Shown: piece by piece, positions 1 to 11,546 of the stretch | Numbering within the stretch: position 1 is the stretch's first letter | Layout of the letters: each line of letters opens with the position of its first letter | From: Antedon mediterranea | Lineage: Eukaryota; Animalia; Echinodermata | Length of the DNA: 64,000 bases | Direction: 5' to 3' | Assembly (NCBI RefSeq): GCF_964355755.1 | Contig: NC_092677.1 | Span: 5,044,101 to 5,108,100 of the forward strand | Position numbers and translations under genes: made by a program | Notes under the pieces: model-generated | Seen by the model: only the letters and a program-made list of their open reading frames with translations | What the model was told of the DNA's origin: nothing | The model's database searches: none

Positions 1-34
1 AAAAAAAATTTTCAGGGGGACAATACATCTTTAA
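1..34. mobile_element. End of TTAA-flanked MITE (Kolobok-like family)
   Basis: GGGGACAATACATCT-TTAA terminus identical to other copies in the window. Confidence 0.6.
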
Positions 35-533
35 CAACGAACTTTTAAATGGGTTGTCTGTACAACACAGAGTAGACCTCGTATCTTGTATCATCATAAA
101 GGTACGATAAACAAAACAATTATTGTTTTCATTTGCATAAGATGTTTTCAGTGTGACTTTCTATACAGTTTGCAGTATACTTTCTATTACTAACTTTCTA
201 TTATTTTATATTTACATAAGTTGTTTTAAACGTTAGCAATATAACAGATCTTCATTTGAAAATGGTTTTTTTGTGTATTAATTAACAGTAGGCCTAGGCC
301 TACTATTTAATGCAATAACCCAAGTTAATGCTGTTACATATTGTACTAAAAAATGTACATTACAAATAAGAATAGGCCTACTATGAGAAGGATATAATAT
401 GCTGCTGATTCTTAAAAACATTTCTCCAAAATATTTCTTTCACGATTATGTATCTAAATATCTCTGTGTATAACATTATCCATATATTGTAAATTAACAA
501 AAAGTTCCCCTCTCCTATGAAATATCCGAAAAG

Positions 534-1386
534 TATGGAACGCCGTTTACGTAACATTTCGATGATATGAATTTTATGACGCGATATGTGAATGAAATGC
601 ATCGATATGAATTGAATGGCGCGATAGATGAATGAAATGTTTTGAATTGAATGCTTTGAATGAAATGTTTTGAATTGAATGTTTTAATGAAATATTTTGA
701 ATGAAATGTTTTGAATTGAATGTTTTGAATTGAATGTTTTGAATGAAATGTTTTGAATGAAATGTTTTGAATGAAATGTTTTGAACGAAATGTTTTGAAC
801 GAAATGTTTTGAATGAAATGTTTTGAATGAAATGAAAAGTCAAACTATTGGCGGCGTATGTCATTCCCGTTCGCGATTTTTTCTCAACCTCTTAGGCCTA
901 AGTCTGGGTACCCTCATCTCCTTTCCACGCTGTCATCAATATGGATCCTTTACAGAGAATCCTAACAGACTTGAAACAGTGGAATACATATTTCCAAACC
1001 CAGGTCTGTTCGGATTCTCTGTAAAGGCAGCGTGGAAAAGAGATGAGGGTACCCAGGCTTAGGCCTAAGAGGTTGAGAAAAAAATCGCGAGCGGGAATGA
1101 CATACGCCACCAATAGTTTGACTTTTCAATTCAATTCAAACATTTCATTCAAAACATTTCATTCAAAACATTTCATTCAAAACATTTCATTCAAAACATT
1201 TCATTTAAAACATTTCATTTAAAACATTGCATTCAAAACATTTCATTCAAAACATTCAATTAAAAGCATTCAATTCAAAACATTTCATTCATATATCGCG
1301 CCATTCAATTCATATCGATGCATTTCATTCACATATCGCGTCATACAATTCATATCATCGAAATGTTGCGTAAACGGCGTTCCATA
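534..1386. mobile_element. Foldback/palindromic non-autonomous DNA element with 6-bp TSD
   Basis: Starts TATGGAACGCCGTTTAC and ends GTAAACGGCGTTCCATA. ~400-bp inverted arms contain (GAATGAAATGTTTT)n repeats. GAAAAG direct repeat at 528-533 and 1387-1392. Confidence 0.85.
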
Positions 1387-1683
1387 GAAAAGCATCGGAG
1401 CAGTATGCTTTTTATAACGCGATAGTAAACATTTGTTTTTAATTTTTTAAAAGAGGGCGTTGCGTTTCTCCGAGTAATAATATGCCTAATGGCTACAACG
1501 AAATAAACATGACAGAACAGAGAAGATGGAAAATGTTTATATCGCTCACCTCTTCCAAATTACGAATTTAAAATTCAACGTTTTATTTCTACCAACTGTA
1601 CTTAATCATGGTTATCTTAGCTTAGACCCTAATTTTACTTTTCATAAATGTGTAACTTAAACATATTGATTCGGGATGAACGT

Positions 1684-4647
1684 TTAGTCGTATAACTGTT
1701 CACAATAATGTGGTTCTGCAACCTTTTCTTTCTGTGACGTAATACAATCACGAGGCTCTTCGTAAATGACCTCTTGACTTGACGAAATAAGACTTTCGGC
1801 AGTTTTACATTCGATTTTAATCTCTTTTCTTTCCTACAAAACAAAAAGTAAAACAAAAAATAAAAACAATAGCAATAATTGATTGTTACTATTAATTGTT
1901 ATAAAACAAAATATTGTTTGTTGGTTATCAATGTATGTACCGTGTCGTAGAAAAGATGGTTTATTAGTCACTAAAAATAATAGAAATATTATATACTGGC
2001 TATATTTATTAATGTCAACATAATCTTGCCTACACTGCTGAACGATATGTTTTGTTCGGTTGCTCGTTTGCCACTTGGATGCAACGTAATGAATTGTTGA
2101 TTTTTTTTCCCGCTCTTCAGTTTGTCAAATTGAAAAAACTTCGGTGTTTATTGAGTACAACCATAGGGGAATTTCTCCATGGTATAACAATTTAAGTTTC
2201 TTTGTTAAGCAATCAAGATCAATTAAAATACTGTACACAAATTTCAAAATAAAACTTAAATAGAAAAACATTTGCGCAAAGGAACAGACATTGATGACAA
2301 GAAAAGTTTCCATTATTTCCACTTTGGTCCTGTAAAAACAGTTAACTGAACAGAGTTGTCAAAGTTGATTGTAAATCGGATTTTTCTGTTATTAACATTT
2401 TTACCTGTGTTCTTGTCCTAAATTGGCCTCTGTTGAGCTCACTGTAAACGTCCACATTGGATTGAGATTTCACTTGGCATTGAAGATTTTGATATTTTGA
2501 ATGGACTTCTCTTAATCGTCTTTGCTAAAGAAACAATTTTAATAAAAAGTATTAGTTAATTGGGCGAGTAAAGGAATGTTTATTTATCATCTTGACTTAA
2601 AACTGTAAACAAAAAGTACTTACATCAATACAACGTGCAAGAACAGAACCAAGAATGAATGCAATGATGATAGCCACAGCCACTGTACCCATTTGAAATG
2701 AATCATCTCCTGTAGAAAAAATTAACCGTTGTTTGGTTGTGAAATCATTGAAAATATTATCTTCAATACTGGGCTAAAAATGGTGAATGATCAAGTGGAA
2801 ATGTATAATTCAGACACTAAACTACTACTTGGTAAATACAGTATGGTGACTTACCTTTCAAATTGTCTGTAGGCCCATCTGTAGGCCTACCTGCTTTGGG
2901 CCTACAGTTGTCAAGTGATGTAGAGGCATTAAGTTTTTTATTCTCTGCATAACATGTAAGATTTGATTGACATATCTCATCAGTAATTTCTATAATTGCT
3001 GTACTTTCTCCTTTCTTAACCATTTCTCCATCTTGTAATATCAGTACTGATGATGGCTTGGGATGGCCATCTGCTGTACATGTTGCAAAACAATCTTCAG
3101 GATTGAATGTTGCGATAATATCTATTGAGAGAAGATAAGGCTTAAAGCTCAAGAAGATTTAGAAATATTGTTTTGAATCGATATGGGCCTAACAGCAAGA
3201 CAAATTACGCTTGTTATTGCAGATTCAGTTCATCACACGTTTATTTAGTTATGAATGTAACTGGGGCAAAGGCAGAAAAAATAATAAGGATATTCAAAAT
3301 TTAAATATTCAGAATATAGATACAGACATTTTATTTTTACAAGAAACAAAACAGTGGAACGTTTTCTAATTAATTCAACTTATCGAAAATTCAGATCACT
3401 ACCGTATTACATAAAAAACATATTTTGTATTGCCTCATATATTTAATAGTAGGCTATCATATATATATTTCTTTTTTTTCTACATACAAAATATTTCCAA
3501 CTGTTTTCCGGCACTGGTTTTAGCATCAATTCCCTTAAACTGATCACTCTCTGCTTTACATGTATAAATACCAATGTCGCCCATAGTGGCTGCTTCAATC
3601 TTAAGGACATTGCCGTTGATATTTATCTTCTGTCCATCTTTATACCAAGTAATGTAAGGAGTCGGGTCCCCATCAGGTTTACTACAAGTAAATGTGACTG
3701 TGTCACCTTCATATGCAGTGATTGCTGAGGCATTAAGACGTGGCTGATCCAAATCTGAGAAAAGGTATAAAACAAATTAGACAGCAGATAAATAAAGATG
3801 TGGTCAACACAAATTACAACAACAAGAAGTGTATAGATATGCCTTTTGGTACTCAAGAAAATGTCAATTTAATTCTGGAGTTTTACTATTGGCGTGGCGT
3901 GAGAACATTCACAATTATAGACCTTATACTATTTAGTAAAAAAACATTAAGAATGTCGGTTTATGATAGCTTTTTTTTTTCAGGCTACATCATGATTATC
4001 TGGTATACTCACAATATACAGTTAGCATAGATGGACTTAATAATGTAATCATTCCAGTTGCTGTTTGTATCTGGCATCTAAATATTCTTTGAGAATCATA
4101 TCTCAAGGGCTGTAAGATCACCAGACTAGCTTCACCAGGAGCAGTGTGTAACCGGAAACGTCCATTTTCCATCTTTTTATCATTCACAATTCCTGGGTTG
4201 ATGACTACTTCATCTTCATTTAGTTCATCCCATTGTAGTGAAGTAGGAGTAGAAGTAAATTGTGAATAATCACAAGTTATCACCACTTCTGCATCGTCTT
4301 CTTTAGCTGTCTGGTTAAAGCTCGTTTGACCATGTGCTTTAAAATATCAAGCATATCCTATTGTTTATATTTAACTAATGATAATTTAAAATTAAATGTG
4401 TCAACCTAAAAATATATATATATTCTACATACAAACAAGGAAAAGAATAAAACTGCCCTCAACCAGCTGCTGCTGTTTTTAGTTTTACGCGTTCGTAATC
4501 TGGTTATTGAAAAATAGTTCAATATTAACTGACTGACTAAAAAGTGTATGGTCGTTTAGTTGTTGATTATCATATTTAATTTATTTTTATTATCTTACCG
4601 ACTAAAGATTGTATATATACAATAAATAAAATTCGCTTCAAACCCAT
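1684..4647 (-). CDS. Gene A: type I Ig-superfamily receptor (SP-V-I/C2-C2-TM-Tyr-motif tail), ~420 aa
   Basis: Exons (minus): 4647-4599 SP (MGLKRILFIVYIQSLV), 4336-4013 V (ITC..LQW..IFRCQI), 3754-3488 I/C2 (FTC..ITWYKDG..DIGIYTC), 3121-2855 short C2, 2709-2624 TM (GTVAVAIIIAFILGSVLA), 2524-2405 tail (SKYQNL..DVYSEL), 1833-1684 last exon (EVIYEEP..HYCEQLYD*). All GT/AG with compatible phases; total 1263 nt. Confidence 0.8.
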
Positions 4648-4845
4648 CTGAAAAAAAAAAAAAATAGAGAAAAAAACTTTTTATTAATATTGGTTTACAG
4701 CATTGAGGAAATCTATGTTATTTCGTCCATGAATATATAAAGTTTATATTATCTATAATGAAATCCTCATCGTAAATAATCGTTAACAACCAACAAACTA
4801 GAACAGAAGGAGAATCTATTTCAAAAGAATAAAAGCTATTATACA

Positions 4846-4966
4846 TTCACGCTTGTTTCGTTTCACGGAACCGGAGACGGTGCCGTTCAATTCTGTATAC
4901 ATTTTCCATTGTTTTAATAACAACACGGCGCCGTCTTCCTTTCCCTGAAACGGAACAAGTGTGAAT
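4846..4966. mobile_element. Small hairpin/MITE-like element
   Basis: ATTCACGCTTGTTTCGTTTCACGGAA ... TTCCCTGAAACGGAACAAGTGTGAAT inverted ends. Confidence 0.55.
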
Positions 4967-5700
4967 TTAGCTTTTTCAATGCCCAGCATAAATAAAGTTA
5001 TATATCTCTTACAAGATTCTTCTTCGCTATCTCAGTCAATTATGAGTTTTGTTTTCGTCGCTGTCGGCTCGTTTCATTTAGTTATCTTTATTATCATAAT
5101 GTCATCTTCACAATCAATGAAAAAATTATATAATATTTTTTCAATCTCTCCTTCGTCTTCTTTTTTTTAAATTTATAATTAGTTATGGTTAAGCTACTTA
5201 CCTTTGTCTTCTCTGTCAAGAAAGTAACACTGTGTCGATTATTAGTATTCGTTATCATTTTAATAAAATTGTACTTTTTTGTTTCATTTTCGATCGCATT
5301 CAAGGACGTAATCACCATGACATTGATATTTAAACTGATGATTGGTTGATTTTTGATATAATATAGTGCCTTTATTTATAGATTAATCAATTACATGTTC
5401 TGTTAATAATACTATTGCATGCCGCTGGTCACTACAACCAGGGAAGAGTTAAATTGTTAACTCTTCCCTGCTACAACGATCTTGTGTCAACTCATGTATT
5501 CAAATTCAATTTAGGCTTAAATATATTGTATTCTTACAGGCAGCCATCACTCGACTCAGCTTATTCTTTATTAAAATCAATTAACTATAGTAGGTTATAG
5601 AGGATTACGTCGGCATAAACTGTAGGCCTAATTCCCGTTCGATGTTATATACAAAATATCATCTTCCAGAAAATAGTGTACATCTTCATAGCAAATACCG

Positions 5701-6074
5701 TTAAAGATGTAGGCTATCATGTCTCCCTGGAAAAATTAATTTTAACATTTTTGTTGTTGAATATGCCATTTTAATTTCAATGTTCCATAATACTTATTCA
5801 CTTTGATCAAAAAATTTATCGGAAAAAACAATTATTTACCTGCAGAGCCTGTTATTTAAAGCAAGAAAGTAGTGAATTTGGCTGCCAGACAATAATGGGT
5901 GTTGGGTTGAATTTAACCGCGTTATGTCGTCTTTATATAAAATTATAAGTGAAAACATTATTTGTTTTCGTTTTTTTCATGCGGGTGACTTTATCAAAAC
6001 TACAAAATGGCCTATTCAAAATTTGATTTTATTAATCTTAATTTGTCATGTTTTTTGGGGTACTATACATCTTA
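5701..6074. mobile_element. Degenerate TTAA-flanked MITE (Kolobok-like)
   Basis: TTAAAGATGT... to ...GGGGTACTATACATCTTA; interior similar to the 34782 and 52748 copies. Confidence 0.6.
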
Positions 6075-6672
6075 TTATTACGGTGTATCATTACCGGCCG
6101 AAGCCTGGCTTAACGTGACTGTTGGACTTTTTAGCCTAGGGCATAAACCAATTACCCAAATGTGTTTATAATGACTTAGGCCTTCAGGTTGATCATAAAT
6201 TTGCTAATTAAATGACAACATCATCTTGTATATAGGCGGGTCACTATCAGGTAATACACCAATCAGAAGCTTACAATTTAGAAGCTCTGATTTCATCAAT
6301 GGTGTTTGATAATTTCCCCTATGTTTATAATGGAACATGCTAAATTTATTGTTTTAACATTCTTGGGTTTCAGATGTCAAGGTAACACATGGATTAAACA
6401 TAGCAGTTAATTATGAATCCTTGTTACTTTTGTATACTGTATCTTTAGTTACAATCAATATTCAAATGTTTATAACTAACTAAAAGAGTTTTAAAACTTT
6501 AATTTTCATTCACTGTACATTTTTCTATTCTCAATAAATGCAGTCGTATAAAATGTTGATGGGTCGCAAACATGTTATTACCTATAGACATTACACTGAT
6601 AAACAAAATAACTGATAGATTAACATCTACAGATTTTTTTACTTGCATAAAAAACCTTTGTTGTTTTTTGGG

Positions 6673-6811
6673 TAGTCTAGGTTCCAGACGGAGTTTTGTC
6701 TTAATATTAGTAAAAAGATAAATAATTGATTTTGGAGTTTCAGACAAAAATCAAAATAAAAACAAATAAATAAAAATAAAAGACTATGAATACAGACTTG
6801 CGGCAAGTCTA
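6673..6811. mobile_element. Short copy of hairpin-ended element (same family as 57101-58061)
   Basis: TAGTCTAGGTTCCAGACGGAGTTTT ... TACAGACTTGCGGCAAGTCTA; degenerate 9-bp TSD (TTTTTTGGG/CTTTTAGGG). Confidence 0.6.
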
Positions 6812-7383
6812 CTTTTAGGGTAGATGCAAACAAATACACAATTGGAAAATATCCTCATTATCTATATGGATATTTTGAAAAAAGAGAGACCCAACAAAAA
6901 CTTTAAATATTTACGTTATTGGGGGTCTCTGTTTTCGAGATTTTTCAAAAACACAGACTTCAACAAAAACTTGTTTTTTTGTTCCTTACAAACTTGGATA
7001 TGCTTTACAATTTTTTGTAAATCATCAAAGTGATGAATAAAATGTGGTTCCAATTTTAACCATACAGAATAAGATGTAGGCCTATCACTTTTAGATTTAT
7101 CCAATTTTATTTTCCCAGCCGCCGACTCATTATTTATAATCAACCAATTATTCATCTATATACACCAATCGCCAAAACATTTTTATTGAACAGCTCACAG
7201 ACTACTGTAGGCATATACATATATTTAGTAGACTCTCTTTAAATTCCTTTCCTTGGTTTGGGGGTTTGCGCATGCCCAGTCCAAGTTTCCAAATACCCAT
7301 TTTTTTCATACGTTAATTAGTACGCTTCCGCGTGATACAGTCTCCTCCGTCCTCCTAAAGGCACTGCGTGAAAATAACTAAGT

Positions 7384-9065
7384 ACCGATATAAATATGTT
7401 ACACATTAATAATATTGCACATTAAGTCTTGCTACCCATTATAGATATTGGGTAGCAAAACAAACAAACAAATCACAGATATAAATATGTTACACATTAA
7501 TAAAAAGGATAGTATTTTGGTATGACATGCACATAAGTGTGTGCTACCCATTATAAATATTGGGTAGCACAACTAATTACCAATATAAATATGTTACACA
7601 TTATAAAAAAAAGGATAGTATTTGGTATGGCATGCACGTATGCATGTGCTACCCATTATAGATATTGGGTAGCACAACTTATACCGATATAAATATGTTA
7701 CATATTGATAAAAAGGATAGTATTTTGGTATGAAATGCACATTAAGGCTGTGCTACCCATTATAGATATTGGTAGCACAACAAATCACAGATATAAATAT
7801 GTTACACATTATAAAAAGGATAGTATTTTTGTATGAAATTCACGTATGTATGTGCTACCCATTATAAATATTGGGTAGCACAACTAATTACCAATATAAA
7901 TATATGTTACACATTAAAAAAAAGGATAGTATTTGGTATGGCATGCACGTATGCATGTGCTACCCATTATAGATATTGGGTAGCACAACTTATACCGATA
8001 TAAATATGTTACATATTAATAAAAAAGGATAGTGTTTTGGTATGACATGCACATAAGTGTGTGCTACCCATTATACATATTGGGTAGCACAACTAATTAC
8101 TAATATAAATGTGTTACACATTAATAAAAAGGATAGTATTTGGTATTGCATGCACGTATGTATGTGCTACCTATTATAGATATTGGGTAGCACAACTTAT
8201 ACCGATATAAATATGTTACATATTAATAAAAAAGGATAGTATTTTGGTATGAAATGCACATAAGTGTGTGCTACCCATTATATTTATTGGGTAGCACAAC
8301 TAATTACTTATATAAATATGTTACATATTGATAAAAAGGATAGTATTTTGGTATGAAATGCACATAAGTGTGTGCTACCCATTATATTTATTGGGTAGCA
8401 CAACTAATTACTTATATAAATATGTTACATATTGATAAAAAGGATAGTATTTGGTATGGCATGCACGTGTGTATGTGCTACCCATTATAGATATTGGGTA
8501 GCACAACTTATACCGATATAAATATGTTACACATTAATAAAAAGGATAGTATTTGGTATGGCATGCACGTGTGTATGTGCTACCCATTATTAATATTGGG
8601 TAGCACAACTTATACAGAATGATATAAATATGTTACACATTAATAAAAAGTATAGTATTTGGTATGACATGTACATAAGCGTGTGCTACCCATTATAAAT
8701 ATTGGGTAGCACAACTTATACCGATATAAATATGTTACATATTGATTAAAAAAAAGTATAGTATTTTGGTATGAAATGCACATTAAGTCTGTGCTACCCA
8801 TTATAAATATTGGATAGCACAACTTATACCGATATACTGTAAATATGTTACACATTAATAAAAAGGATAGTATTTTGGTATGCAATGCACATTAAGTCTG
8901 TGCATGCTACCCATTATAAATATTGGGTAGCACAACTAATTGCCGAAATAAATATGTTACACATAATAAAAAGGAGAGTATTTGGTATAGCATGCACGTG
9001 TGTATGTGCTACCCATTATTAATATTGGGTAGCACAAATTATACCGATAAAAATATGTCACATAT
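7384..9065. repeat. ~105-bp minisatellite, ~16 copies, each with an internal palindrome
   Basis: GTGCTACCCA-N10-TGGGTAGCAC recurs every ~105 bp within otherwise similar units. Confidence 0.95.
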
Positions 9066-10133
9066 TCGAATAATGTGCATAAGTGTACTGTGATGTCGGA
9101 TACACATAAAGTATATAGTTTGCAGGGTAGGTCTACCATAAGGATGGATTACTATTGCCATTTGTTTCCTATTTAAACTTACTATATAATAGAATAGATA
9201 ATAGAGGAAACGATTTTTTTTATTAATTAATTTGGCTTTCTACTACTAGTACTAGTAGATAGTCAAAATAATGAAAACCCATCTAAAATTTGGTTAAGCT
9301 GCATGCAACCTTGAGAAGGTCACATTGTTGAGAACTAATTACTTATTCAGAAACATACCAAAGTAGGCGTGTCTTCTGGTGTCACTACCTTTCAGTGACA
9401 AGTTAGAAATATCAATAAACCAGAGCTAACAAGACAGATCAGGGCTAATCCTATTAAACTATACCCATGATTCGTGGGGTAGCCAATGCTCACGTTTAGC
9501 CAGGCTCCGGCCGGTAATGTGCATTATTAATGATAAGAACAATCTACACTGTATATGCTAACAAATATATAAAAACAAGAGTCACGTAATTACCCTTTTT
9601 GGCACTTCAGGCGTTCCATAACATTTTATTTTTGCAGTTCAGGGATGTTTAAAAAAAGTGGGCGTATCCGATTTCCCACATAGAAGCTCCAGTTTATTTT
9701 AGCAGAAGGAATTGAACATGTTCGGAAGAGGAGAGGTAACTATAGCCCAATTCTACTTAATTTTAAGGAGATTAGATTTAGCCTTTACAACCAGCAGCTA
9801 ACGAAATGGGGGCCAGTAGTGCTTTTGGCCTAGTTTTTAGTGGGTTTTATTTAGGCTAGTTAGAGAGTTTTAGGCTAGTTAGCTAAGCGTCTACCACCCA
9901 CGCTAATTTTGTCGGGGGAAAACCCAGAGACAGTGATTTTCATTTTGTGTGGGTTTTTTTATTGATTTGTCCAAAATTATTTTGTTTTGCAAATTGTGTT
10001 TAGCCAGACAGGGATTTCCCATAATTTTATTCTCAACTTGAAAAAATGAAATATCGGGAGGTTTAAAAAGCTATAGAGGGCGCTAAAATAATATCTCAAA
10101 CCATAGAGGGTGCTATGGAAAACCTAAAAATAT

Positions 10134-10333
10134 TTGTCGTATTCGAGTGAACCGTTGAGTAGTTTTTCCATTGAGTACTTCTTTAACGGAGTATTTTGAG
10201 CGTTGAGATTGTTCTTAACGAAAAAGCTTTCGTTGTCAACGTTTTCTATTCCAATGACTTTCTGTTGAGCACAAATTTACAATTCGAATACAAAAAGTAC
10301 TCAACGAATCTTTACGTTCGATCGAATACGACA
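10134..10333. mobile_element. Hairpin MITE-like element
   Basis: TTGTCGTATTCGA ... TCGAATACGACAA inverted termini. Confidence 0.5.
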
Positions 10334-11546
10334 ATTGTCATCTGCAATTGTTAATGTGTTTATTTCAGGCGTCCAGAAGGCGGAAAATAGGGTGCCAGCT
10401 CATTATTTCAATATTCATGTATAAAACTCATGAATGGATTAGGCTATATAAATATCTTATATCGAATGATAGTGATTAGTATCTTTTATATTCTTTTATC
10501 AATATCTAAAGTAATATAAATCATTGCTACATACATATCGGGAGAATTTTTTGGTTTATCCAAAATTTGAGAAAGACTACGAATTGCATTTTAACAGGAG
10601 ACTTGAAATATATCGTGAGACTCCCATCATCCCTATTGGGAAAGTTGAGAGGTCATGCTAGTACTGTATAAATTATGTATATTTTTATATGATTGATACC
10701 GAATATATATTTATATCTTTAATTTCTGTAGTAATTAAGAATGTTTCATAGTACAAAACACTCTCATGTGCAATGTACACATTGTTTTTTTTTTTGGTAA
10801 AAAATATGCTACAATTATATACTGTAAAATGAAAAACAACTAGCAACTACTGATTGCTTTTGAAATGTAAATCAAATTTCATTGCATTTTCACATGACTG
10901 AACACCAGTAGGCCTAACTAACTGTTCAAACAACAATCGTAGGAAGGCCTCTGTAGTTTGGAAGCTTAATAGTCAATTTACACAGACATGGGGTAATAGT
11001 AGGGAGTTGTTAATCGCTGGTAACAGTAAGCTGAAAACCATGTAGGTTGTCTCACGTAGAATCTTACTGAATCTATCCTGAAAACCGCCTGTTTGCTCTG
11101 TGTTGTGTGTAAGTGGTCATAAGGAATGACATAGATTCTATATTTGTATTACCGTTACCGCTCTTCTGTGTAAATTGGCCTGTAGTACTACAGTAGTGTG
11201 TTTACTATTGTGGAATTTAGTTTCGCTTTTCATTGACATTTTCATTCCAAAGAATAGAACAATACAGAGCAAAACTGGGAAAATGGAATGGGATACAATT
11301 AAAGCTTTGTTTGTCAATCAGAAAACCGTTTTTGTCAGTACAGTAAATGGGCCATTTCTAATCTCAAAGACAAAATATATTTTTAAGATCAGTTTTTCTT
11401 GCCAGCAGAAACATACTGTGAACCCTAACGAATAAATAACAGTTATAAAATCACAAGAATTTTGCCCATGTCAGAATACCCAGGGTACATAAATATGTAT
11501 CTCTTGACATGATTAAATCAATTTTTTATATTATTTTAATACAGAG

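Noticed and set aside
574-1113. ORFs 574-864, 823-1062 and 898-1113
   Set aside because: Products of the foldback element's tandem repeats and palindromy.
2125-2329. Alternative last exon of gene A (DQSGNNG...)
   Set aside because: Phase-compatible but quickly runs into intron-like AT-rich sequence; 1833-1684 better matches gene C's last exon start (ERKEIK vs REEEIK).
7384-9065. CRISPR-like array of palindromic repeats
   Set aside because: Intervening sequences are near-identical rather than unique spacers; no cas genes; eukaryotic context.
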